A DNA stretch of 64,000 bases from the NCBI RefSeq assembly GCF_009914755.1, contig NC_060941.1; one strand, written 5' to 3'. Shown one piece after another: positions 23,031 to 37,039 of this stretch. Position numbers and translations under genes: made by a program. The notes under the pieces are model-generated. The model was not told the DNA's origin and did not search any database. It was given only the letters and a program-made list of their open reading frames with translations. The stretch is from the human T2T-CHM13v2.0 reference genome, Homo sapiens. Positions within the stretch are counted from its first letter, which is position 1, and every line of letters starts with the position of its first letter.

Positions 23031-23871
23031 TGAGTAGCTGGGACTACAGGTGCGCGCCACCACGCCCAGATAATTTTTGTATTTCTGGTAGAGATGGGGT
23101 TTCACCATGTTGGCCAGGATGGTCTTGGTCTCCTGACCTCGTGATCCGCCTTCCCCGGACTTCCAAAATGCTGGGATTACAGGTGTGAGCCACCGCACCC
23201 AGGCTACTCTCATCTTTTTAAACTTGGAATCCAAAATCCTCTATAATCTGACCCTTACTGAAGTCCTGAACACTGGTGAACAACGTTGGTCTTTGCCGAG
23301 GGGCCAGATTTCTTTTTCAGACCATGTTGCAGCTGACCTTGACCCTGAGTATCTGAGGGAGGAGCTTTGGGGCACAGGCAGCTCTGTGTGCCATTCTTGC
23401 TTTCAGAAGAGTCTCCCATGTTTGGGTCCCAGAAAAGTGATCTGTGGTCCAGGCACCCCTCCAGACCTTCTTCTCAAAGAAGAGCTAACTTTGATGAGCC
23501 CTTTTTGAGGCTCCGGCAGTATTTGCTGTGTGTACTGCAACATATGTTGCTGTTTATTCTTAAAAGTGCAGACCACGTCTTGCAAACTAGACTAAGGCCT
23601 GTGAAGGCCAAGGCTGTGCCTGGTATCTTTATATCTCCAAGAACTAGAGCAGGCCCCTGGACAGTGCTCCTTACCAAACTGCTGCAGCTGTTAACTGCCA
23701 CCTCCCTGCCTGGAAGTCTTTCCTGTGGTGCTGAGCTGCTCACACTTACTCAAGTGAGTCGACTTTTATTGTCAAGAGAATCTTCAATTGATTTAATTGC
23801 TATAAACAAGGAAATCGTATAAAACAGCTCCTTACTAATAAATTTCTCCTTTTTTTTTTTTCCTGAAATGA

Positions 23872-23970
<99 letters not shown>

Positions 23971-23977
23971 TGAGTAG

Positions 23978-24202
<225 letters not shown>

Positions 24203-24731
24203 TAGTAGAGACGGGGTTTCGCCGTGTTAGCCAGGATGGTCTCGATCTCCTGACCTCATGATCCGCCCGCCTCGGCCTCCCAAAGTGCTGGGATTACAGG
24301 TGTAAGCCACTGCGCCCGGCCTACTAACAAATTTCTTGTGACACACTTGCTATTAATAAGGAAACTCAAGTTGACAGTACAGTTGGGAATAATTTCTCTG
24401 GCCTGCACTTAGTGCCATAGTAGAAGTATAGGATCATGCTAACACCGTGGCTAGTGTAGGTATAACTGGCCATCATTCGAGCTGAGCATGGGTTTCCATT
24501 CAGCCCAGAAGTTTCAACTACACACAAGAGATGATGAAGCAGCAACACAGAAGCACAGACAGAGGTGTGGAGCACAGTCTAAGCCATGGGGAGAGATTTT
24601 CTCACCTGGGCTGCACCAGGATGAGAGCATAAGCTCTCCACCATCATCCAAAGCAAAGCTGGCTCTGCAGCCATCAATGCAGGAAACTGGGTTCTGTCTG
24701 GTCCCAGCTCTGTAGTACTGCAGGAACATCA

Positions 24732-24905
<174 letters not shown>

Positions 24906-25152
24906 TTAAAAAATAAAATAAAATAAATGTTAAAAAGAAAAGTACAAAGCTACCATCCTTGGAAAGCAGCCTAGGGGGGTAGTAGTGTCTTCTCTGGGTG
25001 TTAAGCAGGCTAGGTCCTGGGCCTCAACCCCTCTACCTCAACTTTCATTCAGTAAGTATTTATTAAGTACCCAATATGGGACATTTGCTTTAGGTGGTGA
25101 ACTGGGAATACAACAGTGAGCCAGAAGCACTTAGTCCCTGCTCCCATAGAGC

Positions 25153-25675
25153 AGGATGTGTCAGTACAGCACTATTGCGCATTTGAGACTGGATAATTTG
25201 TTGTGGGGGTTGGCCTTGTGCATTGAAGGATGTTTAGCTGCATCCCTGGCCACTACCCACTAGATGTCAGTAGCAATCCCCCTCCTCAGTTGTCACAATC
25301 AAAACGTCTCTAGGCCGCAAGCAGTGGCTCACACCTGTAATTCCAACACTTTGGGAGGCTCAAGCAGGGGGTGGATTGCTTGAGACCAGCCTGGGCAACA
25401 CAGTGAGACCCTGCCTCTACAAAAAAATTTAAAAATTAGCTAGGTGTGGTAGCATGCACTTATAATCCCAGCTACTCAGGAGGCTGAGGCTGAGGTGGGA
25501 GAATCACTTGAGCCTGGGAGGTTGAGGCTGCAGTGAGCATGATCACGTCACGTCACTGCACTGCACTGCAGCCTAGGTGACAGAATGAGAGCCTGTCTCA
25601 AAAAAACAAACAAAAAAAACCTCCAGAAGTTACCAAATGACCCTGGGGCAAAACTATCCTAGGTGAGAACCAGTG
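25153..25675 (-). mobile_element. MER20 hAT MITE interrupted by an AluJ-like element (~25313-25620)
   Basis: gcactattg..catttg ... catccctggccactacccactagatg ... gagaaccagtg. Confidence 0.8.
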
Positions 25676-26245
25676 TCTTAGAAACCAGAGCAGCCCCACA
25701 GTTACCTATTTATTGGGGTCTGGGTAAGATTTTATTTGAACAAATACTTTTGCACTTTAGGAAAAAATAAAAGTGGATGGAGTTTTGTAAAGAATGACAG
25801 GTGCCGTTGTCATGTACAAATCTGCAAAGTTCAGAGAGCTGAATACAATTTAGCTTAACCCTACTTGCAACAGAAAGGGGGAAACTACAAGGTACAGGAT
25901 GAGAGAAAAAACAAAGACTGGAGAATTTCAAAAGTGATGGAGCTGAATTTCATGTGACCCCAAATCCACTAACCAAGGGACTGCCTGCCCTCCAGCACCC
26001 TTCTGATATCCATCCAGCCAGAGTGCTAGCCAGCTCCACCTGATGGCAACAGCCTGGGAGTTGAGATACTCTAGGGTTTTCTGCTGTACAGTTTTCTTTT
26101 TTGTAGCAAGATGGGGTTCTTGTTCTTGTCGCCTAGGCTGGAATGCAGTGGTGCTATCATAGCCCACTATTACATCAAACTCCTGGGCTCAAATGATCCT
26201 CCTGCCTCAACCTCCTGAGTAGCTGGGGCTACAGGTGCACGCTAG

Positions 26246-26437
<192 letters not shown>

Positions 26438-27953
26438 TAGTAGACACGGGGTTTCACCAACCTGGCCAGGCTGATCTTGAACTCCTGACCTCGAGATCCA
26501 CCCACCTTGGCCTCCCAAAGTGTCGGGATTACAGACGTGAGCCACCGCACCCAGCCTCGCTGTACAGTTTTTAAACACTATTTCTTCACTTAAACCTAGC
26601 AAGGAAAGTAGAGCTGGCATTACTTTTCCTGATCTTACACATGAGGAAACCAAGACATTCCATGTTGAAATAACTTCCAGTAGTAAAGTTTTCTGACTTG
26701 CCCAAGGTGCTGTAATTAACTAGAGTTAGAGATAAAAGTAGACTTTGATCTCCCCCAACCACCACCCCACCACCCACCTTGTTCTGCATGGAAGGGTGGG
26801 ATCAGAACCAGGTGTTTGAGTTATACGATCTTTTTTTTTTTTTTTTTTTTCTTGAGATAGAGTTTCCCTCTTGTTGGCCAGGATGGAGTGCAATGGCGCG
26901 ATCTCAGCTCAACTGCAACCTCTGCCTCCTGGGTTCAAGTGATTCTCCTGCCTCAGCCTGCCAAGTAGCTGGGATTACAGGCATGCGCCACCAGGCCCAG
27001 CTAATTTTGTATTTTTAGTAGAGACGGGGTTTCTCCATATTGATCAGGCTGGTCTCGAACCCCCAACCTCAGGTGATCTGCCTGCCTCTGCCTCCCAAAG
27101 TGCTGTGATTACAGGCGTGAGCCACCGCACCCGGCTGGCTTTTAAACAATATCAACACCGAAGGGGTGAGATTCTTAGAGTGACAGTTCAGAGACAGTCA
27201 GGAGAGTAGGGGAGATGGAAACACCTGCTACTAATGGTAAGGCTCGGCTGCGACTGCCCAGCCCTGGGAAAGCCTTTCTCTGCAGAGCACTTGATCCCAC
27301 GGAAACTTGGCAGTAAGAGCTTTAAAAGGAAAGGGAGAGGGAAATGAAAGCGAGAGGGTTCTGTCAGGGAGCTGCTCGGTTTTAACAAAGGAGGCCATTC
27401 CCATGGCACAACCCTTCTTTCTGTTATCAGGAGACCATGTTGACATTACCCTGAATTCACCTAAACTGGTGCTGACTCTTCATGAGGTTCCCAATGATTC
27501 CTGAATCTCATGATGGCCAGAAGCCGGTCTCCTCATGGCCATGGCACTCTGAGAGGATGTTTGGTGACTGGACCTTGTGTTTTGTGGTTGTTTCCACTGT
27601 CTCCACTTCTTAGATTTGGTCCTCTTGCTAGGCCATAGGGTGTGCCAGTGCAGTAAAGTCCAGGGCACCTTGGCCTAGGTGCTAACTCCTTCAAAGTTTC
27701 TGCTTTGTTTCCACAGCTGCATGTTTCCAGCCTGTGCTGTGCACGCTGGGTGGGAGAGGGCAACTTGAATGCAATAACTACACCTAGCACAGTTGGCAAG
27801 ACTCTTTCTTTACTATCATGAAGGAAACCACATTTAAAAATGTGTCCCCTTATGTATCCTCTGGGCATTGCATATAGTTCTGTCATCAAAGGTAAGAATG
27901 ATTTTAACCCCAGTGCCTGGTACAGAGTAAGTGCTCAGTAATGTCATTAGCTG

Positions 27954-29439
27954 TTATTACAGCTATTACCACAACCTCAAAAAAAAAAGTTTGGCTGAGC
28001 ACAGTGTCTTATGCCTGGAATCCCAGCATTTCAGGAGGCTGAAGTAGGAGGATCGCTTGACCCCAGGAGTTTGAGACCAGCCTGGGCAACATGACAAGAC
28101 CTTGTCTTTACAGAAAGAAATTTTTTTAAGTAGCTGGGCCCGGTGGCACGTGCCTATAGTCTCAGCTACTTGGGAGAGGAAGACAGGATTTCAAGGAGCC
28201 CAGGGGTTCAAGGTTACAGTGAGCCATGATCACACCATTCCAGCCTGGGCAACAGAGGGAGACCTTGTCTCAAAAAAAAAAAAAAAAAGCCTGGATGCAG
28301 TGGCTCACTATTTTTAAAAAGTAAAATAAAATAAAATAAATTTTAAAAAGAAAAGCACAAGGCTGGGTGCAGTGGCTCATGCCTGTAATCCCAGCACTTT
28401 GGGAGGCTGAGGCAGGTGCATCACGAGGTCAGGAGTTTGAGCCCAGCCTGGCCAAGATGGTGAAACCCCATCTCTACTAAAAATACAAAAATTAGCCGGG
28501 TGTGGTGGCAGATGCCTGTAATCCCAGCTACTCAGGAGGCTGAGGCAGGGAACTGCTTGAACCCGGGAGGAGGAGGTTGCGGTGAGCCGAGATTGTGCCA
28601 CTGCACTCCAGTCTGGGTGACAGGGTGAAACTCCGTCTCAAAAAAAAAGAAAATTACAAAGCTGCCATCCTTGGAAAGCAGCCCAGGGGGATAGTAGTGT
28701 CTTCTCTGGGTGTCAAGCAGGCTAGGTCCTGGGCCTCAAACCCTCTATCTCAACTTTCATTCAATAAATATTTATTGAGTACCCAATATGGGACATTCAC
28801 TATAGGTGGTGAACTGGGAATACAACAGTGAGCCAGAAGCACTTAGTCCCTGCTCCCATAGAGCAGGATGTGTCAGTGCAGCGGCACTATTGCGCATTTG
28901 AGACTGTAATCCCAAAATGCCTGTAATCCCAGCATTTTGGGAGGCCAAAGCAGGCAGATTGCTTGAGCCCAGGAGTCCAAGACCAACCTCAGTAACATAG
29001 TGAGACCTTGTCTCTACTAAAAATTTAAAAAATTAGCCAGGTATGGTGGCATGCACCATACTACTTATACACTAATTTAAAAAAGCCACTGCATCCAGGC
29101 TTTTTTTTTTTTTTTTTTTCGAGACAAGGTCTCCCTCTGTTGCCCAGGCTGGAATGGTGTGATCATGGCTCACTGTAACCTTGAACCCCTGGACTCCTTG
29201 AAATCCTGTCTTCCTCTCCCAAGTAGCTGAGACTACAGGCACGTGCCACCGGGCCCAGCTAATTAAAAAAATTTCTTTCTGTAAAGACAAGGTCTCGCCA
29301 TATTGCCCAGGCTGGTCTCAAACTCCTGGGGTCAAGCGATCCTCCTACTTCAGCCTCCTGAAATGCTGGGATTCCAGGCATAAGACACTGTGCCCAGCCA
29401 AACATTTATTTTTTGAGGTTGTGGTAATAGCTGTAATAA
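27954..29439. repeat. Inverted duplication: 27954-28305 vs 29084-29439 (~350 bp, ~97% identical; AluJ plus unique flank)
   Basis: Shared private Alu mutations (gggagaggaagacaggatttcaagg) and non-Alu flank ttattacagctattaccacaacctc. Confidence 0.95.
28308..28906 (+). repeat. Direct copy of 24899-25191, later interrupted by an AluS (~28372-28650)
   Basis: ccatccttggaaagcagcc ... gcactattgcgcatttgagactg present twice, about 94-95% identical. Confidence 0.93.
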
Positions 29440-30172
29440 TAGTGTATAAGTAGTGTATTAATAGCTGTAAAAGTAGTGTCTTCCCAGCTACTTAGGAGGA
29501 TGAGGTGGGAGGATTGCTTGAGCCCAGGAGGTCAAGGCTACGGTGAGCTATGATCATGCCACTGCACTATAGCCTGCATGGCAGAGCAGGAACGCTTAAC
29601 CATCTCATAGATAACTAGATTAGTCTTCTTCTAGGGACCTAAAGAGCAAAGCGATAAAGCGAGCATAAAAGCAGTTTGAAAAGTAAGTGACAGAAGCATG
29701 AAAAGCATCGTTTTTGAATTAGTTCTTACTTGGATTCCATTGATGAGCACAAAACAGTAATCTGGTTCAGGATAGAAATATAAACATTAGGCCGGGCACG
29801 GTGGCTCACACCTGTAATCACAGCACCTTGGGAGGCCAAGGCGGGTGGATCACCAGGTCAGGAGTTGAAGACCAGCCTGGCCACATAACGAAACCCCATC
29901 TCTACCAAAAATATAAAAAATTAGCTAGGTGTGGTGGCATGCACCTGTAATCCCAGCTACTCGGAAGGCGGAGGCAGGAGAATTGCTTGAACCCAGGAGG
30001 TAGAAGTTGCAGTGAGCCGAGAAATTGCGCCACTGCGCTCCAGCCTGGTCAACAGAGCAAGACTCCATCTTAAAAAAAAAAGAAAGAAAGAAATATAAAC
30101 ATTAGGCCGGGCACGGTGGCTCACGCCTGTAATCCCAACACTTTGGGAGGCCAAGGCAAGCGGATAACTTTA

Positions 30173-30439
<267 letters not shown>

Positions 30440-30593
30440 TCATTAGAAGACTTTCTTGAATTATGGCATTCTGTTGTTAAAATTCTTCCATTACCCACCA
30501 CTTCTGTTGACTTTGTCAACATGTTAATAAATTGAGGCTCATGGTGGTAACTTTAAAGTTACAGGATCCTAAAATGTCTTCTGAATTATTAAA

Positions 30594-30595
<2 letters not shown>

Positions 30596-30631
<36 letters not shown>
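30596..30631 (+). repeat. (GT)18 microsatellite
   Basis: Direct reading. Confidence 0.95.
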
Positions 30632-30632
<1 letters not shown>

Positions 30633-30831
30633 CAGTGCCATGAACAGTGAAGTTAACTATGTACTTATCTTTTCAAATAAGGGATCCAGTAATGACTCTC
30701 AAGATGATCCTTCTAACCAGAGTGTTTGCTTGCCTGAAATACGATATTCCCTCACAGATGAGCTCTCCAGACCCCAGGAGAAAGAATAACTGATCGAAAC
30801 TCATGTACTTGGTTGGTAGCTGTCAGAATAA

Positions 30832-31068
<237 letters not shown>

Positions 31069-31591
31069 TGACCTCAAGTGATCTGCCCGCCTCAGTCTCC
31101 CAAAGGTCTTTTACACAGTGCTTCTTCCTGCAGCGTAGCACGCCTTCTCACATAGAGGATGCTTGTAAAGAGCGTGGACTGTGGAGTCAGAAAGATCTAA
31201 ACCCCAAGAACAGCTCCACCACTCAGTGGCAAGGTGATCACAGCTTCGGCCTCTGCTTCCTGAACTTCCTCAGGTGTAAGATAGGGTTAATACTATGTCT
31301 TTGCTCAATAAATGTTAGCCACTCTTATTATAACAGAGGGCTTGCTGTACATGCAGTCATTATGCTTTACAGTTTAAAATAGAAAGACCAAGAGCGAATC
31401 CCTTCCCAGCCCATTCCAATCCCAGTTCCAGGTTCCTTCATCCATGCAGGATGGTCACCTTTCCTTGGGGACAGCTTGCCTCTTTTCATCACCCCTAATC
31501 AATCATTCTATCCTTTCTTCAGTCCTTGTTGTCGTTTTTATATTTCTTTTATTATTTGAGTTAGCCTTATTATTATTATTATTCAAATTAT

Positions 31592-31772
31592 TATTTGTTT
31601 TTTCTTTTTTTTAGCAATTATTATTATCATTTATCTCAGAAAATCTCTATGACAATTGTGTGAAGTACAATTATGATTACATATGAGATAATTGCACCAC
31701 AGACATGTTATATAACTTGCAAAAAGCCACAAACCCAATAAGTGGTAAAGCCCAAAGCACAGAGGTTTTCTT

Positions 31773-31808
<36 letters not shown>

Positions 31809-33300
31809 ATCATTCTTGGGTGTTTCTCGAAGAGGGGGATTTGGCAGGGTCATAGGACAATAGTGGAGGGAAGGTCAGCAGATAAACAAGTGAACAAAGG
31901 TCTCTGGTTTTCCTAGGCAGAGGACCCTGCGGCCTTCCGCAGTGTTTGTGTCCCTGGGTACTTGAGATTAGGGAGTGGTGATGACTCTTAACGAGCATGC
32001 TGCCTTCAAGCATCTGTTTAACAAAGCACATCTTGCACCGCCCTTAATCCATTTAACCCTGAGTGGACACAGCACATGTTTCAGAGAGCACAGGGTTGGG
32101 GGTAAGGTCAGAGATCAACAGCATCGCAAGGCAGAAGAATTTTTCTTAGTACAGAACAAAATGAAGTCTCCCAGGTCTACCTCCTTCTACACAGACACAG
32201 CAACAATCTGATTTCTCTATCTTTTCCCCACCTTTCCCCCTTTTCTATTCCACAAAACCGCCATCGTCATCATGGCCCGTTCTCAATGAGCTGTTGGGTA
32301 CACCTCCCAGACGGGGTGGTGGCCGGGCAGAGGGGCTCCTCACTTCCCAGACGGGGTGGCCGGGCAGAGGCGCCCCCAACCTCCCGGACGGGGTGGCTGG
32401 CCGGGTGGGGGCTGCCCCCCCACCTCCCTCCCGGAGGGGGCGGCTGGCCGGGCGGGGGCTGCCCGCAGCCCCCCACCTCCCTCCCGGACGGGGCGGCTGC
32501 TGGGCGGAGACGCTCCTCACTTCCCAGATGGGGCGGCTGCCGGGCGGAGGGGCTCCTCACTTCTCAGACGGGGAGGCCGGGCAGAGACGCTCCTCACCTC
32601 CCAGACGGGGGTCGCGGCCGGGCAGAGGCGCTCCTCACATCCCAGATGGGGCGGCAGGGCAGAGGCGCTCCCCACATCTCAGACGATGGGCAGCCGGGTG
32701 GAGGCGCTCCTCACTTCCTAGACGGGATGGCGGCCGGGAAGAGGCGCTCCTCACTTCCCAGACTGGGCGGCCGGGCAGAGGGGCTCCTCACATCCCAGAC
32801 GATGGGTGGCCAGGCAGAGACGCTCCTCACTTCCCAGACGGGGTGGCGGCCGGGCAGAGGCTGCAATCTCGGCACTTTGGGAGGCCAAGGCAGGCGGCTG
32901 GGAGGTGGAGGTTGTAGCTAGCCGAGATCACGCCACTGCACTCCAGCCTGGGCAACATTGAGCACTGAGTGAACGAGACTCCGTCTGCAATCCCGGCACC
33001 TTGGGAGGCCAAGGCTGGCAGATCACTTGCGGTTAGGAGCTGGAGACCAGCCCGGCCAACACAGCGAAACCCCGTCTCCACCAAAAAAATACGAAAACCA
33101 GTCAGGCGTGGCGGCGCGCGCCTGCAATCGCAGGCACTCGGCAGGCTGAGGTAGGAGAATCAGGCAGGGAGGTTGCAGTAAGCCGAGATGGCAGCAGTAC
33201 AGTCCAGCTTCGGCTCAGCATCAGAAGGAGACCTTGGAAAGAGGGGAGGGGGAAGGGGGGGGGAGAGGGAGAGGGAGAGGGAGCTATTTGTTTTTTCTTT
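31592..33300 (-). mobile_element. SVA retrotransposon (probably SVA_C-like) with 3' transduction: hexamer ~33240-33284, Alu-like ~32860-33235, VNTR ~32300-32855, SINE-R 31808-~32300, inner poly(A) 31775-31807, transduced 31613-31774
   Basis: All SVA modules in order; TSD TATTTGTTTTTTCTTT at 31592-31607 and 33285-33300. Subfamily is a guess from recalled diagnostic bases. Confidence 0.95.
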
Positions 33301-33851
33301 AATTCATTTGTGTAGAAATGAAATGTTGGAATACAGACTGAGCTTGTAGTTAATAAACAGATATTGATATAGCTGTGAAAATGGAAACAGAGGCAATCTA
33401 TGAATAAATACACTTTTTCCATGAACTCAACCCCAGGACACGGTGGACATTGTCCTTCAAAGCTTTTTTTGCCCTCAGTATGGCATGAGAAAAAGAGAAC
33501 CAGTAATTCAGGCTGTATCTGCATAAACAGAGTTCACTTAGAAGCTAGCCAGGAATTCTAAATGTGCTAATAAATGGCTAAACCAATAAGCAACAAAGAT
33601 ATTCTGAACCCAAGTTACTATCATGGCTGAATTCCACTCTGCTCCACTGGCTAGGAACAAGAGTAAAACATCAAACCCTGGAAAACAGTCTCTATGTGGT
33701 CAACCACAGCACTAGCTACACACCACTGATCTGCTCAGAAGTCACTTCAGATAGATGCTGCATTTGAAAAGTTTCAGGGTTCTGTTCTCTCCTTCCCAAG
33801 GGAAGGAGACAGCTCCATTGAAGTTGAGGTGGTGGAGAAGGCATTCAGTGA

Positions 33852-34115
<264 letters not shown>

Positions 34116-34237
34116 TGAGAAATCTCTCTCAAGTCCTAGTACGAATGCTCGTCTCCTAAACAGCTGAATTCTTTTTTATACACTGAATACTGCGAATGGG
34201 GTAATTGACTTTATTCATCTCTTTTCTGTGGCCACAG

Positions 34238-34500
34238 GAAGCTTGAGGGCCAAATTTGCAAGCCCTGTGGCACTGGACAAGACTTTAAGGAATGAGTGCT
34301 GTCAATCAGTGTGCCTCCACCTTCACCATCTTCTTCCCCTTACTCTCACTTCCGTCATGTGTTTTATACAACTCTCAAATCTTTCTTGGAGAAGGAGGAT
34401 ATACATACATAATATGAAATGTGTTTGTTCTTCACAGTCACCCGATTTTACTGATATTTATTTGCATTTTACCAATAAAAAGAAAATGCAAGCTCAAAGG
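34238..34500 (+). CDS. PIGL: Candidate alternative terminal exon of PIGL after exon 4: (R)KLEGQICKPCGTGQDFKE* (stop 34293-34295), AATAAA 34474-34479
   Basis: Pyrimidine tract plus cacag| acceptor; in phase with the exon 4 donor; downstream canonical poly(A) signal. Confidence 0.55.
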
Positions 34501-37007
34501 TATTGAGTGACATAGAGTCATACAAACATAGATGTGTTTCCTGTCCCCTAGCAAAGTGCTTCTCCTGGGCCCCTGATCAGTGGTGTGGCAGGCCTGTCCC
34601 AGCTACTGAGGAAGGAAAGAAGCAACTTGAAGGGAAGGACTTATTTAATAACCTTCTTCTAAACATGCTTAACACTCAGACTGAAGCAATGCAATATGTA
34701 AAGTTGGAAATGACCTCACCAACCATTAAGTCCAATCACTGGGAAGTGGTTTGCCCAGCACCACAAGGTTAAACTATGGCAGAGGCAGAATTCAGGAATC
34801 CTAGTTCTCCATTCATTATTCTGTCAGATGTATGTGAAGACCAATCCAAACTGAAGACCCTCCTTGTCCTTAAATTTTACATCACTTGGTGGAAGATGCT
34901 AGAATTTTACCCACATACTCTTTCTAGGCAGATTTCCCTGTTTCCTTGACTATGGAATGAGGGGAGGCTAGACTGTTCTCCCTGTAAAGACTATTCGGTT
35001 CCTGGTCCAGCCAGCAGCCACAGCTTTAGAAGAGACGTGCTCCTAGTCGCATTAGGTCCCTTCAAATTCAGGAAAGAAACATTCCCTGGTTACAGTCTGA
35101 AATACAAATTTTTTTGATGATATATGGAAAAATGAGGCAGCCCCAGAGTGGTCTTTCCAACCACATGGTTACTCTGAGGCCTTGAGCTTCCAAGACTAGC
35201 ATGGACAGCAAGCCCCATGGAGAACTGGAAAAATGGTCCCACCTCATTCTGGATGCACACTGAGCCTGGTGATTTCTCTCCGAGAATTTACACTGCACCA
35301 GAGAAAGGATCAGGTCAGGTCTATTGCAAACAAAGAGTACCTCAACAGGCAGGGGGCTGGGGCACTTGAGATTGAGTCACCTGGTCCCATTCCTGGTCCA
35401 GTCACCACTGAAGTGGAGAAAATAGAGAAGGCGTCATTCTGGGCAGAGAAAGAACCCAAGGGGACAACTCTGTGTAGATAGAACTGCCTGGGGCCATTTT
35501 CCTCAGAAGAGGCTGGAGTGCCACAGGCTCTCAGCACGAAGGAGGGCCACTGTGCTTCAGATAAAACAATTCATGGACATGCCACCAATCTGCCACAACC
35601 TTTTTCCCCACAGTCATCTCTTGCCTGCTAAATTCGTTAGACTCACGTTAGTCCTCAGCCACCTTGAACCTTCTGTGGCATCTGGCCCTGCCTGTCCCTC
35701 ACTGCAATGCTGCTTTGACTTATATGGCACCAGCTTGCCCTCCTCACTCTGGCCTTTCTGGCTACTTCTCATTCTCTTCCCGGCTTCCCTCCCACCAGTG
35801 GCCCCTTGGTCCCCCTGTCCCCAGGGCTCACTCCCCAGTCCTCCTCAGCACAGCTTCTCCTGTGGCTTTAAGGGCTATAAGCTCTACTTCCAGACAGCGC
35901 CTCTAGCTCACTGCTTTCCCTGGACATCAGAATATCCACAGGGCTTTGCCCAGAGTACAGGACAAGCCACTTCATTCTCAGGATCCCAGAAAGTTTTTTC
36001 AGTCTTTTCTTTTCTTTCTTTCTTTCTTTCTTTCTTTTTTTTTTTTTTTTTTTTTTTTTTGAGACAGAGTCTCGCTCTGTCACCCAGGCTGGTGTGCAGT
36101 GGCGTGATCTCAGCTCACTGCAGCCTCCGCCTCCTGCCTCAGCCTCCTGAGTAGCTGGGAACTACTGGTGCATGCCACCACGCCCGGTTAATTTTTGTAT
36201 TTTTATTAGAGACGGAGTTTCACCATATTGGCCAGGCTGGTGCCGAACTCCTGACCTCGTGATCCGCTTGCCTCGGCCTCCCAAAGTGCTGGGTTTACAG
36301 GCGTGAGCCACCGCGCCCGGCTCCTTTTTCAGGTTTTTCTACCTCTCAGGCTCTGCCAGGCAGTCAGTTCCATGAATTTGTCAATTGTCTCTCAACTTCT
36401 CTTGTTTAACCCCTGCTCCCAAGAGTCTCTGTTCATATGTGTGTCTGTGTGTTGCTGGGGCTACCTTCCCAATCCTTCTCTGCCCCCAGCTTTCTAAACA
36501 ACAAAGTGGGGAAGAGACTTGGAGCTCATTGCAGTTGACACTCCCCTCCTCTTAAGGTGGCGAGCACAGAATGACCTGCACTGTCAGAAGGTAGGCGTAG
36601 GGAAGCTCAGAAAGGAGAAAGGAAATATCAGGGAAGAGCTATCAGTTAGCATTGTAAAATATTCCCCCATCATACTCACATTACACTTCCAAGAGAAAAA
36701 CTATGAAGAGTCCAGCACAGTTACCTTCATTCTCTAATGGGCAAAGCTTGGACCAGAGTACTTCACAAACCACAGACCAGCCTCTGGATTGGCTGTCCCT
36801 AGCTTAGGTGCCCATCCTGGTCCCTTCAGCTGTTGCCAGAGGTATGGGATCCTGGAAATCTATACAGTGATTTATGCAAAAGAAACCACCTGGAGACTCA
36901 CATGGAGGGGACCATGGGCATGGCAGCCTTTCCTCTGAAGGCCCCTCCTGTTACCTACAAAGGAAATGATCCTTACTCCTCTCACTCTTGTCCTATCCCT
37001 CCTCCAG

Positions 37008-37039
37008 GGCCCTGCACTCAGAAGGGAAGTTACCTAAAG
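37008..37039 (+). CDS. PIGL: PIGL coding exon 5 (32 nt): (R)ALHSEGKLPK(G). The Leu167 codon (37012-37014, site of the CHIME L167P allele) reads CTG
   Basis: cctccag| ... |gtaagg; phase 2 to 1 fits both neighbours. Confidence 0.96.

Noticed and set aside
23259-23598. Alternative readings as CC chemokine, TNFR/TACI cysteine-rich domain or ZP-N domain
   Set aside because: Only isolated motif matches; exon size and neighbouring blocks fit a V-set domain better
32245-33154. ORFs of up to 211 aa
   Set aside because: GC-rich SVA VNTR and Alu-like domain
35243-35408. Short AG..GT blocks on the - strand
   Set aside because: Splice-like motifs only, with no coding or paralogy support
35552-36154. 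200-aa ORF
   Set aside because: Pyrimidine-rich intron running into a poly(T) and Alu
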